64,000 nucleotides of DNA from an uncultured Dialister sp. (GTDB taxonomy: Bacteria; Bacillota; Negativicutes; Veillonellales; Dialisteraceae), in assembly GCA_938038225.1 (NCBI GenBank), contig CALHRX010000005.1, forward strand, positions 5,509-69,508. Direction: 5' to 3'. The translations under genes and the position numbers were made by a program. The notes under the pieces are model-generated. The model made no database searches. It was not told the origin of the DNA and was given only the letters and a program-made list of their open reading frames with translations. Below, piece after piece: positions 46,912-56,118 of the stretch (positions within the stretch are counted from its first letter, which is position 1; every line of letters starts with the position of its first letter).

Positions 46912-49900
46912 TCATTCCACATAATCTTTCATCTTTACCGTCACAAGAGAGGAAACTCCCTTCTCTCCCATGGTCACGCCCTGCAAGGTATCTGCAAATT
47001 CCATGGTCTTTTTCCGGTGAGAAATAACAATGAACTGTGTTTTTTTCTTGTAATCGGCAATCATCCGGCTGTACCGTTCCACATTGGCATCATCCAGCGC
47101 TGCATCGATTTCGTCGACAAAACAGAACGGAGCAGGACGGTAGGCCATAAAGGAAATCAGCAGCGCAATGACCGTCAGTGCTCTTTCGCCGCCGCTCATC
47201 AGTGTGAGAGGCTGCCGTTTCTTTCCGGGAAGCTGCAGATACATCTCCACGCCGCCTTCCAGCGGATGATTCGTATCGGTCAGCTCCAGCCGGGCATTTC
47301 CTCCGCGGAACATCAGCTGCATGATACGCCCGAATTCTTCATTGATCTTCACAAAGGCCCGAGAAAATTCCTTTTCCATGGTCTGATCGATATCTTTCAC
47401 CACGGTTTCCAGCGCCGTCCTTGCCTGGTCCAGATCGGTCAGCTGATCCTCATAGAATTTTCTCCGCGCCAGCTGCTTTTCATACTCCTCTTCGCCGTGG
47501 GGATTGACGCTGCCCAGAGCCTCCATCCGAGCCAGGATATCCGCTTCCTTTTTCTGGATATCCTGCATGGACCCGGGGATACGAAGCTCTTCTGCCTCCG
47601 ATAAGGACATACGGCGTTCCTCCAGCTTCTGCAGCTCTTCCTGCTCCTGCCCGCGGAAGCTTTCAATCCTCCCCTTTCTTTCTGCCAGATCCCGCCGCAG
47701 CGCATACACTTTTTCCTGTGCCTTCTGCCAGGACTCTTCATTCTGCTTCCGCTCCACAGCAGATGTATCGGAATCTTCCTGCAGCTTTTCCTGCCGGGTC
47801 CGGCTTTCCTGCCATTCCTTTTCCGCCTCGGTGAAATTCTTCCGCAGCGTTTCCAGCTCAGCAGCAAGAGAAGCTGCAGCAGCTTCATTCTCTGCAATCT
47901 CCGATTCCAGCTTTTCTCTTTCCTTCTGCTGTTCCTTTGCGGCCGTCAGCCGTTCTTCCTCCATCCGCTTCCCGAAAGCAGCCTTTTCCTGCGCCTTCGT
48001 CAGCGCTACGTGCAGCGAAAGGATTTCTGCCTGTTTCTTTTCCAGGTTTTTTCGGATATCCCGGCTCTTCGTATCCTCTCCCGGCTCCGGAATATCCCGG
48101 TATCCTTCCAGAGAGGTCCTGCAGTTCGCTTCTTTTTTCCGGGCAGTTTCAACCGCCTCCGTCAGGCTGTCCCATTTCGTTCTGGAAGCGGAGAGACTGT
48201 TTTCCCGATCGGTCTTTGCGGAAAGCAGTCCTTCCTTTTTCCCCTGCAGTACTGCCAGTTTTTCCTTCATCTCCTGCCAGGCATTCCGCTCTTCTGTCAC
48301 TCTTTCCGCCAGAGTTTCGCAAAGCTCTCTCTGCCGGTGTTCCGCTTCCCCGCCTGCTTTCAGATTCTTCTGAACCTCCGCTTCCCTGCGTATCAGGAGC
48401 TCAATTTCCTTTTTTCTGCCGAAATAAGTATTCTCGCTCTTTTTCATGGAGCCCCCCGTAAGGGAACCTCCTGCATTGACCAGCTGCCCGTCCAGTGTCA
48501 CAATGCGAATCTTATAATGATATTTTTTTGCTGTTCTTCTGGCATCTTCCAGTGTTTCCGCAATCAGCGTCTTCCCCAGAAGCGCATCCAGAAGCTCCTT
48601 ATATTCCTTGTCACAGGAAAGAAGCTGCGATGCAATGCCGCAGATCCCCGGCTCCTTTGATGCTTCCGTTTCGATTCCCGCATAAGCCGGGGCGCGCATG
48701 CTGTCCAGGGGATAAAAAGTCGTTCTTCCCAGGTGTTTCTGCTTAAGCCATTCGATGATCCGTGCCGCCGCTGCACCTGTATCTGTGACAATATGGGAAA
48801 TACGGCTTCCCAGCGCGATTTCTGCTGCATCCGTATATAATGCGGGCACCCGGATCAGATCACCCAGCACCCCCTGGACGGAATCTCCGAAAAGTTCCCG
48901 GTGATTCATGATGGTCCGGGAAGCCATGGAAAATCCGGCATATTCCTTCTCCGCCTTTTCCAGATACTCCCGCTTCGACCGGAAACCGGCCAGCTCCGAA
49001 CGAAGCCGGCTTGATTCATTCATCAGGGCAAAGCGCCGGTCCTGTGCTTCCTTCAAAGCAGCACTGTCTTTCTTTCCTTTTTCTTCCTCCTTTTTCAGGA
49101 GCGTCTGCCCCAAAGCTTCCTCTTTTTCTGTCTGCGCCAGCTGCGCTTCCGTTTCCTTCAGGGAGGCCTCTGCTTCCTGCAGATTTCTTCCCAGCTCTTC
49201 CTTCTCGGAAAGAATACGTTTGATTTCCTCTCCGGCAAGAGAAAGCATCTGCTCCAGCTTTTCCTTTTCCGCCATTTCCCGGCGGGAAACGGCCAGCACT
49301 TCCGCATACTCTTCCTCAGCACGGCGAAGGGATTCTTCGATTTTTCTTTTCTCCTCTTCCGCAGCAGCCAGAATCTTTTCCTGCCGATCTGCCGCTTCCA
49401 GTGCCTCTGCCAGTTCCTTTTCCGCCGTCTGTCTTTCCTCTCTGAGCTCTTTTTCCGCTTCCCGCTGATCCGCCTCTGCTTCCGCCAGCTCCGCTTTCTT
49501 TTCTGTCCGGTGGCGAAGCGCTTCCTCCTTGACGCGGAAATCGCCCCGTATTTCCTCCATCTTCCGCTGTGCTTCCGCAGTCCTCTCTCCGGCCTCCTGG
49601 AGACCGTTTTTCTGATGCAGTGCCTCTGTTTCCATCTTTTCCCGCACTGCAGCAAACCGGAGAAGCTCTGTTTCCGCCGCCTGCTCCTGCGCCTCCAGGT
49701 CCCGGTATTCATTTTCATACCGGGCCAGCATCCGCCGCACACTGGTAAGCTTCAGAAGAGATGCGGTCGCTTCCGCCGATCGTTTTTCCCGGAGAAGCAT
49801 TTTGTAAACCTTTGCCTTTTCAGCCTCCTCCTTCAGAGGAATCAGCTGTTCATCCAGAAGCGCAGTCATATCCTTGACCCGTTCCATATTCTCCGCCGTC

Positions 49901-50454
49901 TTTTCCAGCTTCCGGAGCCCTTCGTTCTTTCTCATGCGGTACAGGGAAATTCCTGCTACATCTTCAAAAATGAGCCGGCGTTCTTCCGGACGGGCCGTTA
50001 AGACCTGATCCACCCGATTCTGTCCGATAATGGCCAGTGAGCCTTTGCCCAGGCCTGTATTTGCCAGAAGCTCCTGGATATCCTTCAGGCGGCAGTTTCT
50101 TTTATTGATTTCAAAATCACTGTCCCCGTTCCGGAGAAGGCGCCGCGTGATGGAAACCTCTGCCGTATCCAAAGGCAGCTCCCGGTTCGTGTTGTCCAGA
50201 ACCAGCGTGACCTCGGCCCCGTTTTTTTTCGGCCTTGTCTCCGAGCCGGAGAAAATGATATCCTCCGCCTTCTGCCCGCGGAGATTCCGCACATTCTGTT
50301 CGCCCAGCACCCAGCGGACCGCATCGGAAATATTGCTCTTTCCGCAGCCGTTCGGCCCGACAATCACCGTCATGCCTTCGGAAAAATCTATGGTTGTCTT
50401 ATCTGCAAAAGACTTGAATCCCTGCAGTATCAAGCGCAGTAGTTTCATCAGCAT
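46912..50454 (-). CDS. smc: Chromosome segregation protein SMC
   Basis: About 1180 aa. Walker A GPNGCGKSN at the N-terminus, long coiled coils, a hinge, and the C-terminal signature LSGGERALT plus Walker B. The start is set at MLMKLLRL with an RBS. Confidence 0.95.
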   Translation of the reverse strand: MLMKLLRLILQGFKSFADKTTIDFSEGMTVIVGPNGCGKSNISDAVRWVLGEQNVRNLRGQKAEDIIFSGSETRPKKNGAEVTLVLDNTNRELPLDTAEVSITRRLLRNGDSDFEINKRNCRLKDIQELLANTGLGKGSLAIIGQNRVDQVLTARPEERRLIFEDVAGISLYRMRKNEGLRKLEKTAENMERVKDMTALLDEQLIPLKEEAEKAKVYKMLLREKRSAEATASLLKLTSVRRMLARYENEYRDLEAQEQAAETELLRFAAVREKMETEALHQKNGLQEAGERTAEAQRKMEEIRGDFRVKEEALRHRTEKKAELAEAEADQREAEKELREERQTAEKELAEALEAADRQEKILAAAEEEKRKIEESLRRAEEEYAEVLAVSRREMAEKEKLEQMLSLAGEEIKRILSEKEELGRNLQEAEASLKETEAQLAQTEKEEALGQTLLKKEEEKGKKDSAALKEAQDRRFALMNESSRLRSELAGFRSKREYLEKAEKEYAGFSMASRTIMNHRELFGDSVQGVLGDLIRVPALYTDAAEIALGSRISHIVTDTGAAAARIIEWLKQKHLGRTTFYPLDSMRAPAYAGIETEASKEPGICGIASQLLSCDKEYKELLDALLGKTLIAETLEDARRTAKKYHYKIRIVTLDGQLVNAGGSLTGGSMKKSENTYFGRKKEIELLIRREAEVQKNLKAGGEAEHRQRELCETLAERVTEERNAWQEMKEKLAVLQGKKEGLLSAKTDRENSLSASRTKWDSLTEAVETARKKEANCRTSLEGYRDIPEPGEDTKSRDIRKNLEKKQAEILSLHVALTKAQEKAAFGKRMEEERLTAAKEQQKEREKLESEIAENEAAAASLAAELETLRKNFTEAEKEWQESRTRQEKLQEDSDTSAVERKQNEESWQKAQEKVYALRRDLAERKGRIESFRGQEQEELQKLEERRMSLSEAEELRIPGSMQDIQKKEADILARMEALGSVNPHGEEEYEKQLARRKFYEDQLTDLDQARTALETVVKDIDQTMEKEFSRAFVKINEEFGRIMQLMFRGGNARLELTDTNHPLEGGVEMYLQLPGKKRQPLTLMSGGERALTVIALLISFMAYRPAPFCFVDEIDAALDDANVERYSRMIADYKKKTQFIVISHRKKTMEFADTLQGVTMGEKGVSSLVTVKMKDYVE

Positions 50455-50602
50455 ACCATCCTTTATTACTGTCCTGTTTATTATACTAAATGGACGGAGA
50501 AAATGGGAATGCCTTCGGGATTTCCCGTCTCCCTTTCTTTTCCTGACCGCAGACAAAAAAGCCGCGCTGTCCCTGCAGACAGCACAGCTTTTTCACACAG
50601 GA

Positions 50603-51187
50603 TTACCGGGACAGGAAGGAACTTCCTTTCAGCGTAAACCGCCAGGGAAAGTCCTTTCCGTATTCGGCGTAGTCAATATTTCTTCTTTTTGTCACTTCCA
50701 GAGGAAATGTCCGGCCTTCCTCCGACTCAATCCAGAGCCTGTCTCCGGTCAGGTCTTCTCCGTACAGCGCACGGTCAATGCCGAACGCCATCGTCAGCTT
50801 TCCCGGTCCGTCTGTCAGGTGATTTTTCCGGCCCCGCCGTTTCTCCATCAGCGGAATTCCTTCCAGCGGCTCCAGGGAACGGATCAGGACACACACACCG
50901 TCTCCCTTGCGGCCGCACACTACATTAAAACAGGAATACATTCCGTAAATCAGGTACACATAGGCATAGCCGCCTTCGCCAAAGATGATTCTCGTCCGGT
51001 CCGTCAGCCCCTTATAGGCATGAGCCGCATCATCAGGCCGGCCTTCCCAGGTTCCCCCGTATGCTTCACATTCCGTAATTCTTCCTCTGACAATGCCTTC
51101 TTCCGTCCGGGAAACCAGAACGGCGCCGATAAGCTTTTGTGCAGTCTCCACTGCATTTCCGAAGAAATCCTCCCGTTTCCATTTCAT
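50603..51187 (-). CDS. DNA-3-methyladenine glycosylase (Mpg/AAG family)
   Basis: 194 aa. Conserved ...ITECEAYGG...D.A.HAY.G.T.R......GG.AYVYLIYGMY... region. Confidence 0.85.
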   Translation of the reverse strand: MKWKREDFFGNAVETAQKLIGAVLVSRTEEGIVRGRITECEAYGGTWEGRPDDAAHAYKGLTDRTRIIFGEGGYAYVYLIYGMYSCFNVVCGRKGDGVCVLIRSLEPLEGIPLMEKRRGRKNHLTDGPGKLTMAFGIDRALYGEDLTGDRLWIESEEGRTFPLEVTKRRNIDYAEYGKDFPWRFTLKGSSFLSR

Positions 51188-52254
51188 CGTACTTCGACCT
51201 GCATGCCTACATCCAGTCCCTTCGGCGGATCCACGACCACGCGGTCCCCCTCCTGGATTCCGTCCAGAACTACGGCATAGCCGCCCCTTTCGCCTGCTAC
51301 GTCGACGGTGCGGATATCTGCCAGATTATTGTCATTGATAACCGCCACCCGATCCTCGCCGATCAGCGCCGATTTCGGAATGAGGAAGCAGTCCACCGCT
51401 TTTCCGCTGTCGATACGGACGCTGTAATCATTGCCGATGACAATCATATTGTCCGGATTATCTACCTGGATCTTATAGGCTCTGTACTTATCTCCCTCCG
51501 GATTGGGCTGCGGCTTCAGCTCGCCGTACCAGACCTCAGTTCCGTCGCTCAGGGAAACCGTCAGAGATTTTTCGGTCTTAGCCTCCTCCAGCGTTTCATC
51601 CATACGGGCCGGGATTTCTACGGTCACACTGACCGGTGTATCCTGACGGATCACCAGCGCCGGTTTTCCCGCCACAGCCAGCTTCTTGTCCCCTGCATAA
51701 ACCTGGGAAATCACCCCGTCAATGGGTGCCCGCACCGTGCAGGATGCAATCAGTTTTTCCACGGCCTGCAAAGAAGCTGCAAGAGCCGGATCGGGTGCAC
51801 TGCTGCTTCGAGAAGGTGCTGCCGCTCCCTGACGGCCCTTGATCCGTTCATATTCCGCCCGGGTGATAATCCCCTGCTTCAGGAGAGACGCCTCCAGACT
51901 GTTGTCAATCCCGTATGATCCGGAGGAAACCGTATTCTGCGCCGCAGAAGCCGCCAGCTGCTGCTGCAGTGCAGAAGCCTGAGATTCATACTGAGAGGAA
52001 TCCACTTTAAAGAGTACATCTCCGGCTTTCACGACTGTCCCCACATCAGGCAGCTCCGTCAAAATTCCGCCGGAAACGGCAGGAATGACCGGCGCTGAGT
52101 GGACTGCTTCCGCCGGCGCTTTCGTTTCATATACAAAGGGTTCCCGGCTCATTTCCGCTTTGAGCACATGGACAGACGGCTGATTCCCGCACCCGGAAAA
52201 AGCAAAAATTGCCGCCATGCCGCAAACCGCTGCACCGAGCCAAATTTTATTCAT
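51184..52254 (-). CDS. Efflux transporter periplasmic adaptor / HlyD-family membrane fusion lipoprotein (orphan)
   Basis: Lipoprotein signal with lipobox FSGC. Biotin-lipoyl-like and beta-barrel MFP domains. No cognate RND or ABC pump is adjacent. Confidence 0.7.
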   Translation of the reverse strand: MNKIWLGAAVCGMAAIFAFSGCGNQPSVHVLKAEMSREPFVYETKAPAEAVHSAPVIPAVSGGILTELPDVGTVVKAGDVLFKVDSSQYESQASALQQQLAASAAQNTVSSGSYGIDNSLEASLLKQGIITRAEYERIKGRQGAAAPSRSSSAPDPALAASLQAVEKLIASCTVRAPIDGVISQVYAGDKKLAVAGKPALVIRQDTPVSVTVEIPARMDETLEEAKTEKSLTVSLSDGTEVWYGELKPQPNPEGDKYRAYKIQVDNPDNMIVIGNDYSVRIDSGKAVDCFLIPKSALIGEDRVAVINDNNLADIRTVDVAGERGGYAVVLDGIQEGDRVVVDPPKGLDVGMQVEVR

Positions 52255-53479
52255 TTTTCTCCGACTTCCTTATATCCCCAATGATCGCTTCTGCCAGACG
52301 GGAAATCCCCTCATCCTCATCGGAAGGAGAAGATACGATGGAAACCGGTTCTCCCAGAAGCTCACAGGTTTTCCACCGGGAAACGGTTTCTTTCATGACG
52401 CTCACGCTCACATTCGGTGCCCAGCTGCTGTTTCCGATCAGGCTTACCTTTCGGTTCTTGAGCTCCATTTCCGAGCAAAGATTCATGAATCCCTGCATCA
52501 TCGGATTCATTCCCATATTCATTGTAGGCGCCGCCAGAACCATGTACTTTCTTCGCATCACTTCCGCAAAGCAGTCCATAAAGCCGTGGGCAGCCAGATC
52601 CATCACCTTGACGTTCCGTATGCCGCCCTGCCCGAGGAGCATGGCCAGCTTCTGTGCCGTCATAGCTGTATTGCCATAGGGAGAAGAGAAGAAGATATTC
52701 ACGGAGTCCTCATAGTCGGGAGTCCATGAAGCCCAGTTCCGATACTGCCCCACCATGAAGTGAATCAGCTCCTCCGTATCCAGCACCGGCCCGTGAAGAG
52801 AGCAGACCATTCGAATCGGCAGTTTTTCGACCTTGTTCAGTGCTGCATTCACCTGCATGCCGTAACGGGATACGATATTGGCATAGTACTTTCTCGATTC
52901 AAAGAGGTATTCCCCTTTATAATCCGTATCGGATGCCAGCACCGAGCCGTTCAGTACGCCGAAGGTTCCGAATGCATCCGCAGAAAAAAGAATCCGCTCT
53001 GTCTTTTCATAGGTAAAAGTTACCTCCGGCCAATGCACCATCGGTGCCTTGATGAAGGAAAGAACATGCTTTCCCAGGGAAATTTCTGTTTTCTCATCAG
53101 AGGAAAGATATTCCTTATCCGAAAGTTTCCCGTGAAAATACTGTCCGATCATTTTCTGCGCCGCCGGGGAAGCAACAATCTGTGCTTCCGGATACTTTTC
53201 CGACAGTGCCCGGAGCGAACTGGAATGATCCGGCTCCATATGATTGATTACAATGTAATCCAGTTTCCGTCCATGCAGCAGGTATGAAATATTATCCAGG
53301 AACAGATCCCGGATCACCGTATCCGCCGAATCAATGACCGCTGTTTTTTCATCATCGATAAAATAGCTGTTATAAGCCACCCCGTGAGCCAGAGGAATGA
53401 CCCCTTCAAAGCGGGGAAGTGCAAAATCATTTCCTCCGATCCAATATATATCCTTTGCAATCTCCTGTACGTTATGCAT
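52247..53479 (-). CDS. Flavodiiron protein (FprA-type; metallo-beta-lactamase plus flavodoxin domains)
   Basis: MBL motif INHMEPDHSS, then a C-terminal flavodoxin-like domain. Confidence 0.9.
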   Translation of the reverse strand: MHNVQEIAKDIYWIGGNDFALPRFEGVIPLAHGVAYNSYFIDDEKTAVIDSADTVIRDLFLDNISYLLHGRKLDYIVINHMEPDHSSSLRALSEKYPEAQIVASPAAQKMIGQYFHGKLSDKEYLSSDEKTEISLGKHVLSFIKAPMVHWPEVTFTYEKTERILFSADAFGTFGVLNGSVLASDTDYKGEYLFESRKYYANIVSRYGMQVNAALNKVEKLPIRMVCSLHGPVLDTEELIHFMVGQYRNWASWTPDYEDSVNIFFSSPYGNTAMTAQKLAMLLGQGGIRNVKVMDLAAHGFMDCFAEVMRRKYMVLAAPTMNMGMNPMMQGFMNLCSEMELKNRKVSLIGNSSWAPNVSVSVMKETVSRWKTCELLGEPVSIVSSPSDEDEGISRLAEAIIGDIRKSEKNE

Positions 53480-53665
53480 TTCGGACTCCTGTTCTATGAA
53501 TATCCTGTTTGAAATATAAGATTCTAATTTCTTTTTAGTATACCACGGAAAGAGGCAGCCTCAACGTTCCTGCCTCGGAAAACCCGAATTTTTCAGAGAA
53601 ATCCGCATATAAAAAAAAGGGGAGCCGAATCATTCGTTCTCCCACTTTGTTTTCTTCCCGCGTCC

Positions 53666-55306
53666 CTATGGTACGTAAGCCCGGGTCGCATGGCCCAGGA
53701 TGCTCAGGTGCAGATCGGTCAGCAGTGCCAGCCGGATAGGAAGCACCGTCCGTGTTTCTCTGTATATATCCACTTCCGCCTGCTTGATGTTCTGCATCAG
53801 CACGGAAAGCTTCTCTTCCGTTTCCGCAAAAGCACGAATAAGGGCTCTTGCCTTCTGCGTATTGGCAAGAAGAGCCCGGTTCTGCGCTTCAAGGACAGCA
53901 AAGGGAACGATCTCCGGGCAAAGTTTTCCTCCCCGGATAAAACGGAGAATGCTCTGTCCCGTCAGTACAGGCTGTCCTGCCATTACGCGTTCCACGTAGC
54001 ACAGGCGAAGCACCATAAGTCCTGCCGAGCAGGCAACGCCGAAAATCAGTCCCAGCCAGTATGACTCTGCACCGAGATCCAGCCCGTAGTCCAGGAAAAG
54101 ACTCATCGGGAAAGAGCAGCCCCAGTAAGCAGCCACCATCAGGAAAAAGGACACCCGTGTATCCTTGAGTCCCCGCAGGATTCCCTGAATCGGCGTAGAT
54201 ACCGCATCAAAAAGCTGCCATCCTGCACAGTAAATCAGGAAATTGGCTGCAATGGCCGCCACGGCCGCATCATTCGTATAGATATTTCCGATAAAATCCC
54301 GACCGATAACCGTTACAGATGCCGTGATGGATGCCCCGATCAGCGCTACAACAAATCCCGCTCTCTTATACCGTTTGCCCAGCTCCAGGTCTCCCGCACC
54401 GACAGAAGATGCCACCAGAATGGTCAGAGCCATCGAGCATGATACGGGAACCATGAACACCATCGTAGCAAAATTATCGGCAATCTGATACGCTGCCAGT
54501 GTCTCCGTACCGTACCGGGCCAGAAATACAATGATGAGAGAAAAGAGAAACATCTCCATGAAGACCGACAGTCCCGACGGTACGCCTACGGTCAGATATT
54601 CCCGGATGTCCTTTCCCCGCAGCTGCAGAGAAGAAAAAATTTCTTTCCCGGGCAGTGTTTTTGATTTCACCAGCACCAGGAGGAAGAGTCCCAGGATAAT
54701 TCCGTAAGTCACCATCATGGATACACCGGCTCCGATGCCGCCCAGTGCAGGCATACCGAAATTCCCGTAGATGAAAAGATAATTCAACACTCCGTTAATA
54801 ACTGGTGCCGCCAGAAACAGCTTCATAGAAATCGATGTCGATCCTGCCGTATCGGTTACGCACCGCAGCGGGATGACTGCGGAAACAAAGAACACCACCC
54901 CTACCATGCAGAGCAGGTAGTACCGGGCAATGTGCGCCACACTTCCCTCCAGAGTCATAAACTCCGTCAGGTCATCAATCAGCAGGAAATATGCCGCTGC
55001 AAAGAGCAGTGACAGCACTCCGCCGACAGCCAGTCCGGCTCTCGCCACATAGGGAAGCTCTTCCTTTTTCTTTTCTCCCAGGAGCTGCGCCATGATGGGT
55101 GTCCCTGCCATCAGAAGGCCCACGATTGATGCCAGCAGCGGATAAAAGAGACCCGCTCCCACAGAAACACCGGCCAGATCATCTGCTCCTGCATGTCCTG
55201 CCATTGTCGTATTAATGAATGTCACTCCGCCGGTGGAAATCTGTGCCACCAGAATCGGCAGCATGACTCCCAATAGCTTTCTGATATCCTGTTTCAAGAA
55301 CAACAT
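53666..55306 (-). CDS. MATE-family efflux transporter with ~100-aa C-terminal cytoplasmic extension
   Basis: 12-TM MATE core (…MLPILVAQISTGGVTFINTTMAGH…) followed by a soluble helical tail. The start is set at MLFLKQD with RBS GGAGAG. Confidence 0.75.
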   Translation of the reverse strand: MLFLKQDIRKLLGVMLPILVAQISTGGVTFINTTMAGHAGADDLAGVSVGAGLFYPLLASIVGLLMAGTPIMAQLLGEKKKEELPYVARAGLAVGGVLSLLFAAAYFLLIDDLTEFMTLEGSVAHIARYYLLCMVGVVFFVSAVIPLRCVTDTAGSTSISMKLFLAAPVINGVLNYLFIYGNFGMPALGGIGAGVSMMVTYGIILGLFLLVLVKSKTLPGKEIFSSLQLRGKDIREYLTVGVPSGLSVFMEMFLFSLIIVFLARYGTETLAAYQIADNFATMVFMVPVSCSMALTILVASSVGAGDLELGKRYKRAGFVVALIGASITASVTVIGRDFIGNIYTNDAAVAAIAANFLIYCAGWQLFDAVSTPIQGILRGLKDTRVSFFLMVAAYWGCSFPMSLFLDYGLDLGAESYWLGLIFGVACSAGLMVLRLCYVERVMAGQPVLTGQSILRFIRGGKLCPEIVPFAVLEAQNRALLANTQKARALIRAFAETEEKLSVLMQNIKQAEVDIYRETRTVLPIRLALLTDLHLSILGHATRAYVP

Positions 55307-55462
55307 GTATCTCACTCTCCGAAAATATCCGTAAAAAAAGACGCCGGCGGCGTCACGGAAATTTTCAATCACCTGAGCAAAACTCCTGCTCTGTAGAGAA
55401 AGAGTGATTGGAAAATATAAGATTCGTCTGCCGCGCAGGACCTTTCCTGCGCAGTAAATGCA

Positions 55463-55738
55463 TTATCCCGCAGGAAAAGCCGGCTGAACCGTACGGTCCA
55501 GTCCGTCGTTGAATTGTCCCCCGAAAGATTCCAACTTGAAAAAGCCGGAACCATCCCATCCTCCTGCGCCGATAAAGCCCTTGAAGAAGGAAGTGAAACG
55601 GGAAAGAATACGCTTGAAATTCGCGTTCACTGCAGACGGCACCAGAAGATTGGCTCCTTCTACCAGGAAAAAAGCCATGGCAAAAAGAAGGTACATATTG
55701 TCATAGAAGCTGATGTCGAAAAGCTCATCCATTGTCAT
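55463..55738 (-). CDS. Small hypothetical protein (91 aa, one predicted TM)
   Basis: Strong RBS AAAGGAGGAATTGCCATG. No homology recognisable. Confidence 0.4.
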   Translation of the reverse strand: MTMDELFDISFYDNMYLLFAMAFFLVEGANLLVPSAVNANFKRILSRFTSFFKGFIGAGGWDGSGFFKLESFGGQFNDGLDRTVQPAFPAG

Positions 55739-56118
55739 GGCAATTCCTCCTTTCCCGAAGACCTTTTTTTACAGATTGTTAAAGTTATTTTCAATACCTG
55801 TATATATTATATCTCTATAATACTAAAAAAGCAAATTTTGCCTTCATTCGTCTTTTTTCGCCGTTTTTCAGCGCCGGAGCTTCTCTTTTTCCCATTGAAA
55901 ATTCCAGCCGGAAACGTTTGTTTTTCCCTGTTTTTTATGATATAAAATGAGGGCATAAAGAAAAAATATTCCGGAAAGACCGATGTATTGCCGGTTCCTG
56001 CCAGGCCGCGCTCCGTTTAAAGGTATCGGTTCTTTCAATGATCGGTTTTTCCGGCAGAAAAAGAGCTGCGCTCTTTCCGTTCCATCCATTTTTCAGGGGA
56101 GGGATTCTTTTGAGAAAA

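Noticed and set aside
45955-47604. 549-aa ORF on the + strand
   Set aside because: Antisense to ftsY and the 3' end of smc. Cys/His/Arg-rich.
47504-49468. Several Ser/Ala/Arg-rich ORFs on the + strand
   Set aside because: Antisense to the SMC coiled-coil region. Repetitive codon composition explains the long ORFs.
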